This document shows, one piece after another, positions 44,643-45,958 of a stretch of 45,958 bases of DNA. The notes under the pieces were generated by a model. The model worked only from the letters and a program-made list of their open reading frames with translations, was not told the DNA's origin and ran no database searches. Both the position numbers and the translations under genes were made by a program. This DNA comes from Selaginella moellendorffii (Eukaryota > Plantae > Lycopodiophyta): NCBI RefSeq assembly GCF_000143415.4, contig NW_003314278.1, positions 1,149,951 to 1,195,908 of the forward strand, in the 5' to 3' direction. Within the stretch, counting starts at the first letter, position 1. The number at the start of each line of letters is the position of its first letter.

Positions 44643-45958
44643 ACTTGGTATCGGAGCTGTTCCTTAGTCCGACTTTTATTGGTGCTCAAGTATATCACCA
44701 CTAGTGTTGGCATCGGAAGGTCCGAGGAGTGGGCCTATCCTTGAGGAGTAGCAAGTCGGGAAGACATGGCTTTCCATTACAGTTCATGTATGAACTTGTA
44801 GACGAGGTGGTGGATAGAAAAGGGCCAATAATGGAACGACTTTGGGATCTTGGGAACAGTGCAAGGTTTTCCTCATTGAGTTGAGGATGTGATCCGGATG
44901 AGCATTTGTCTCAGCAAATTGGCTAAGGTTGTCATGGTAAACAACTAAAGTTGGGATCACGGGAAAGATAGAGACTCCAAAACAATAAAGGAGTCACAAG
45001 ATTATCCTCATATAGTTGAGGTTGGTGCTCATGAATGTGAGGCCAGAGGTAATGACCGTGGGAGGTCAAATACGGAAAAGGACTCAAGTCCTTGAAATGG
45101 TAGCCGGGGCTACCTTTAATAAATGCTGGAACAACCCAAGGAGTTGGGGGGTGTACTTAGAGATGAGTGGTATTCTCATCGCATGGACAAGTAGTCCTAA
45201 GGGGCAAAAGTTGCCTCCAGAGAACAAAATCAAGTGTCGGAGTAACACTTGTGAAAATAGTCCTTTTGAGTAGGACAGGAATGCAAGAAGTGTATTCCAG
45301 TGAGCTAGTGCCTCACAAGTAGGACCTTACGGGTCTGTGGATTAACCAAGTCCAAAACTGCTGGATGACTCAAGTAGAGTCAACGGATGGTCCTAAAAGG
45401 ACTGATGGAAGCATTTGGACTGTGGTGTGTTGTACCCCACAAAGGATGGGGGGGGGATCATAGGATCCAAGGATGAGAACAGAGGGTATCTCATCGATGG
45501 CAAAATGTGCCATGCTAAAGTTATGGGAAAGGTGTTCCCAGAAGAAAACAACTTTGACATAAAGTTGTGTGTGACCTCTATGGTGCAGTGCCAACGGATG
45601 GTTGGCATGAGAAAGAGCGGTGTTGGTCTTGGCAAAGACTTAGACACGAAGGGGAAATGTCATAGAGGTAGGCTCGTGGAGCCGATGGTGTGGAGACACC
45701 AAATGTGCCAAGGTGTGATACCTTGAGGCTATGTTGGTGGGTTCATGAGAACCCCTTGCCAAAGGAATCCCAATGGAAATGGGAATGGCATAGCCTAAGC
45801 TGTAGAGCATGCAGTTGGAGTGTGGTGACCCAGATAATGATGGAGGTGTGAAAGCACCAAAACAATGAGTTGTAGGACTTGACAACTATGAGGCAACTAA
45901 GCAAGAGGTGCAAAATAACTGGTTGAACGGGTAGAAGGTAGCTACCCAAGACTTCTTA

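Larger units (their letters stand above)
36651..45958 (+). mobile_element. Element B: non-coding LARD-like LTR retrotransposon in tandem (LTR-internal-LTR-internal...)
   Basis: Two ~1.92-kb LTRs each followed by a PBS and the same internal sequence; PPT before the second LTR; no gag/pol ORF in the 4.14-kb internal region. Confidence 0.9.

Overview
Repeat-rich plant nuclear DNA. The very short (~50 nt) introns, many PLS/DYW-class PPR genes and Ty3/Gypsy elements suggest a lycophyte such as Selaginella (inference). No clearly intact host gene is present. From 5' to 3' the window holds: (A) a chromodomain Ty3/Gypsy element (1-6120) that lacks protease and whose integrase is split by two short spliceosomal-type introns; an inverted LTR fragment and a PIF/Harbinger fragment; a rearranged block of pseudogene fragments (PPR, SEC16, GH29 fucosidase) with inverted and direct partial duplicates; (C) an old full-length Gypsy with a 5-bp TSD; RRP5, Harbinger and DYW-PPR pseudogenes; and (B) a young, non-coding LARD-like LTR element in tandem (LTR-internal-LTR-internal, 36651 to the window end) nested in an older LTR. 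The strongest signal is that A and B have otherwise very different sequences yet share the same PBS, the same PPT with its upstream hairpin, LTR motifs, and a ~300-nt RNA module with compensatory base changes. That module comprises palindromes, a GGAG-tetraloop hairpin, a tRNA-like run of hairpins with two TTCRAGT T-loops, a GACA hairpin and a four-way junction. It is a candidate cis-acting packaging, dimerisation or Pol III module of an intron-bearing chromovirus family and its non-autonomous partner.
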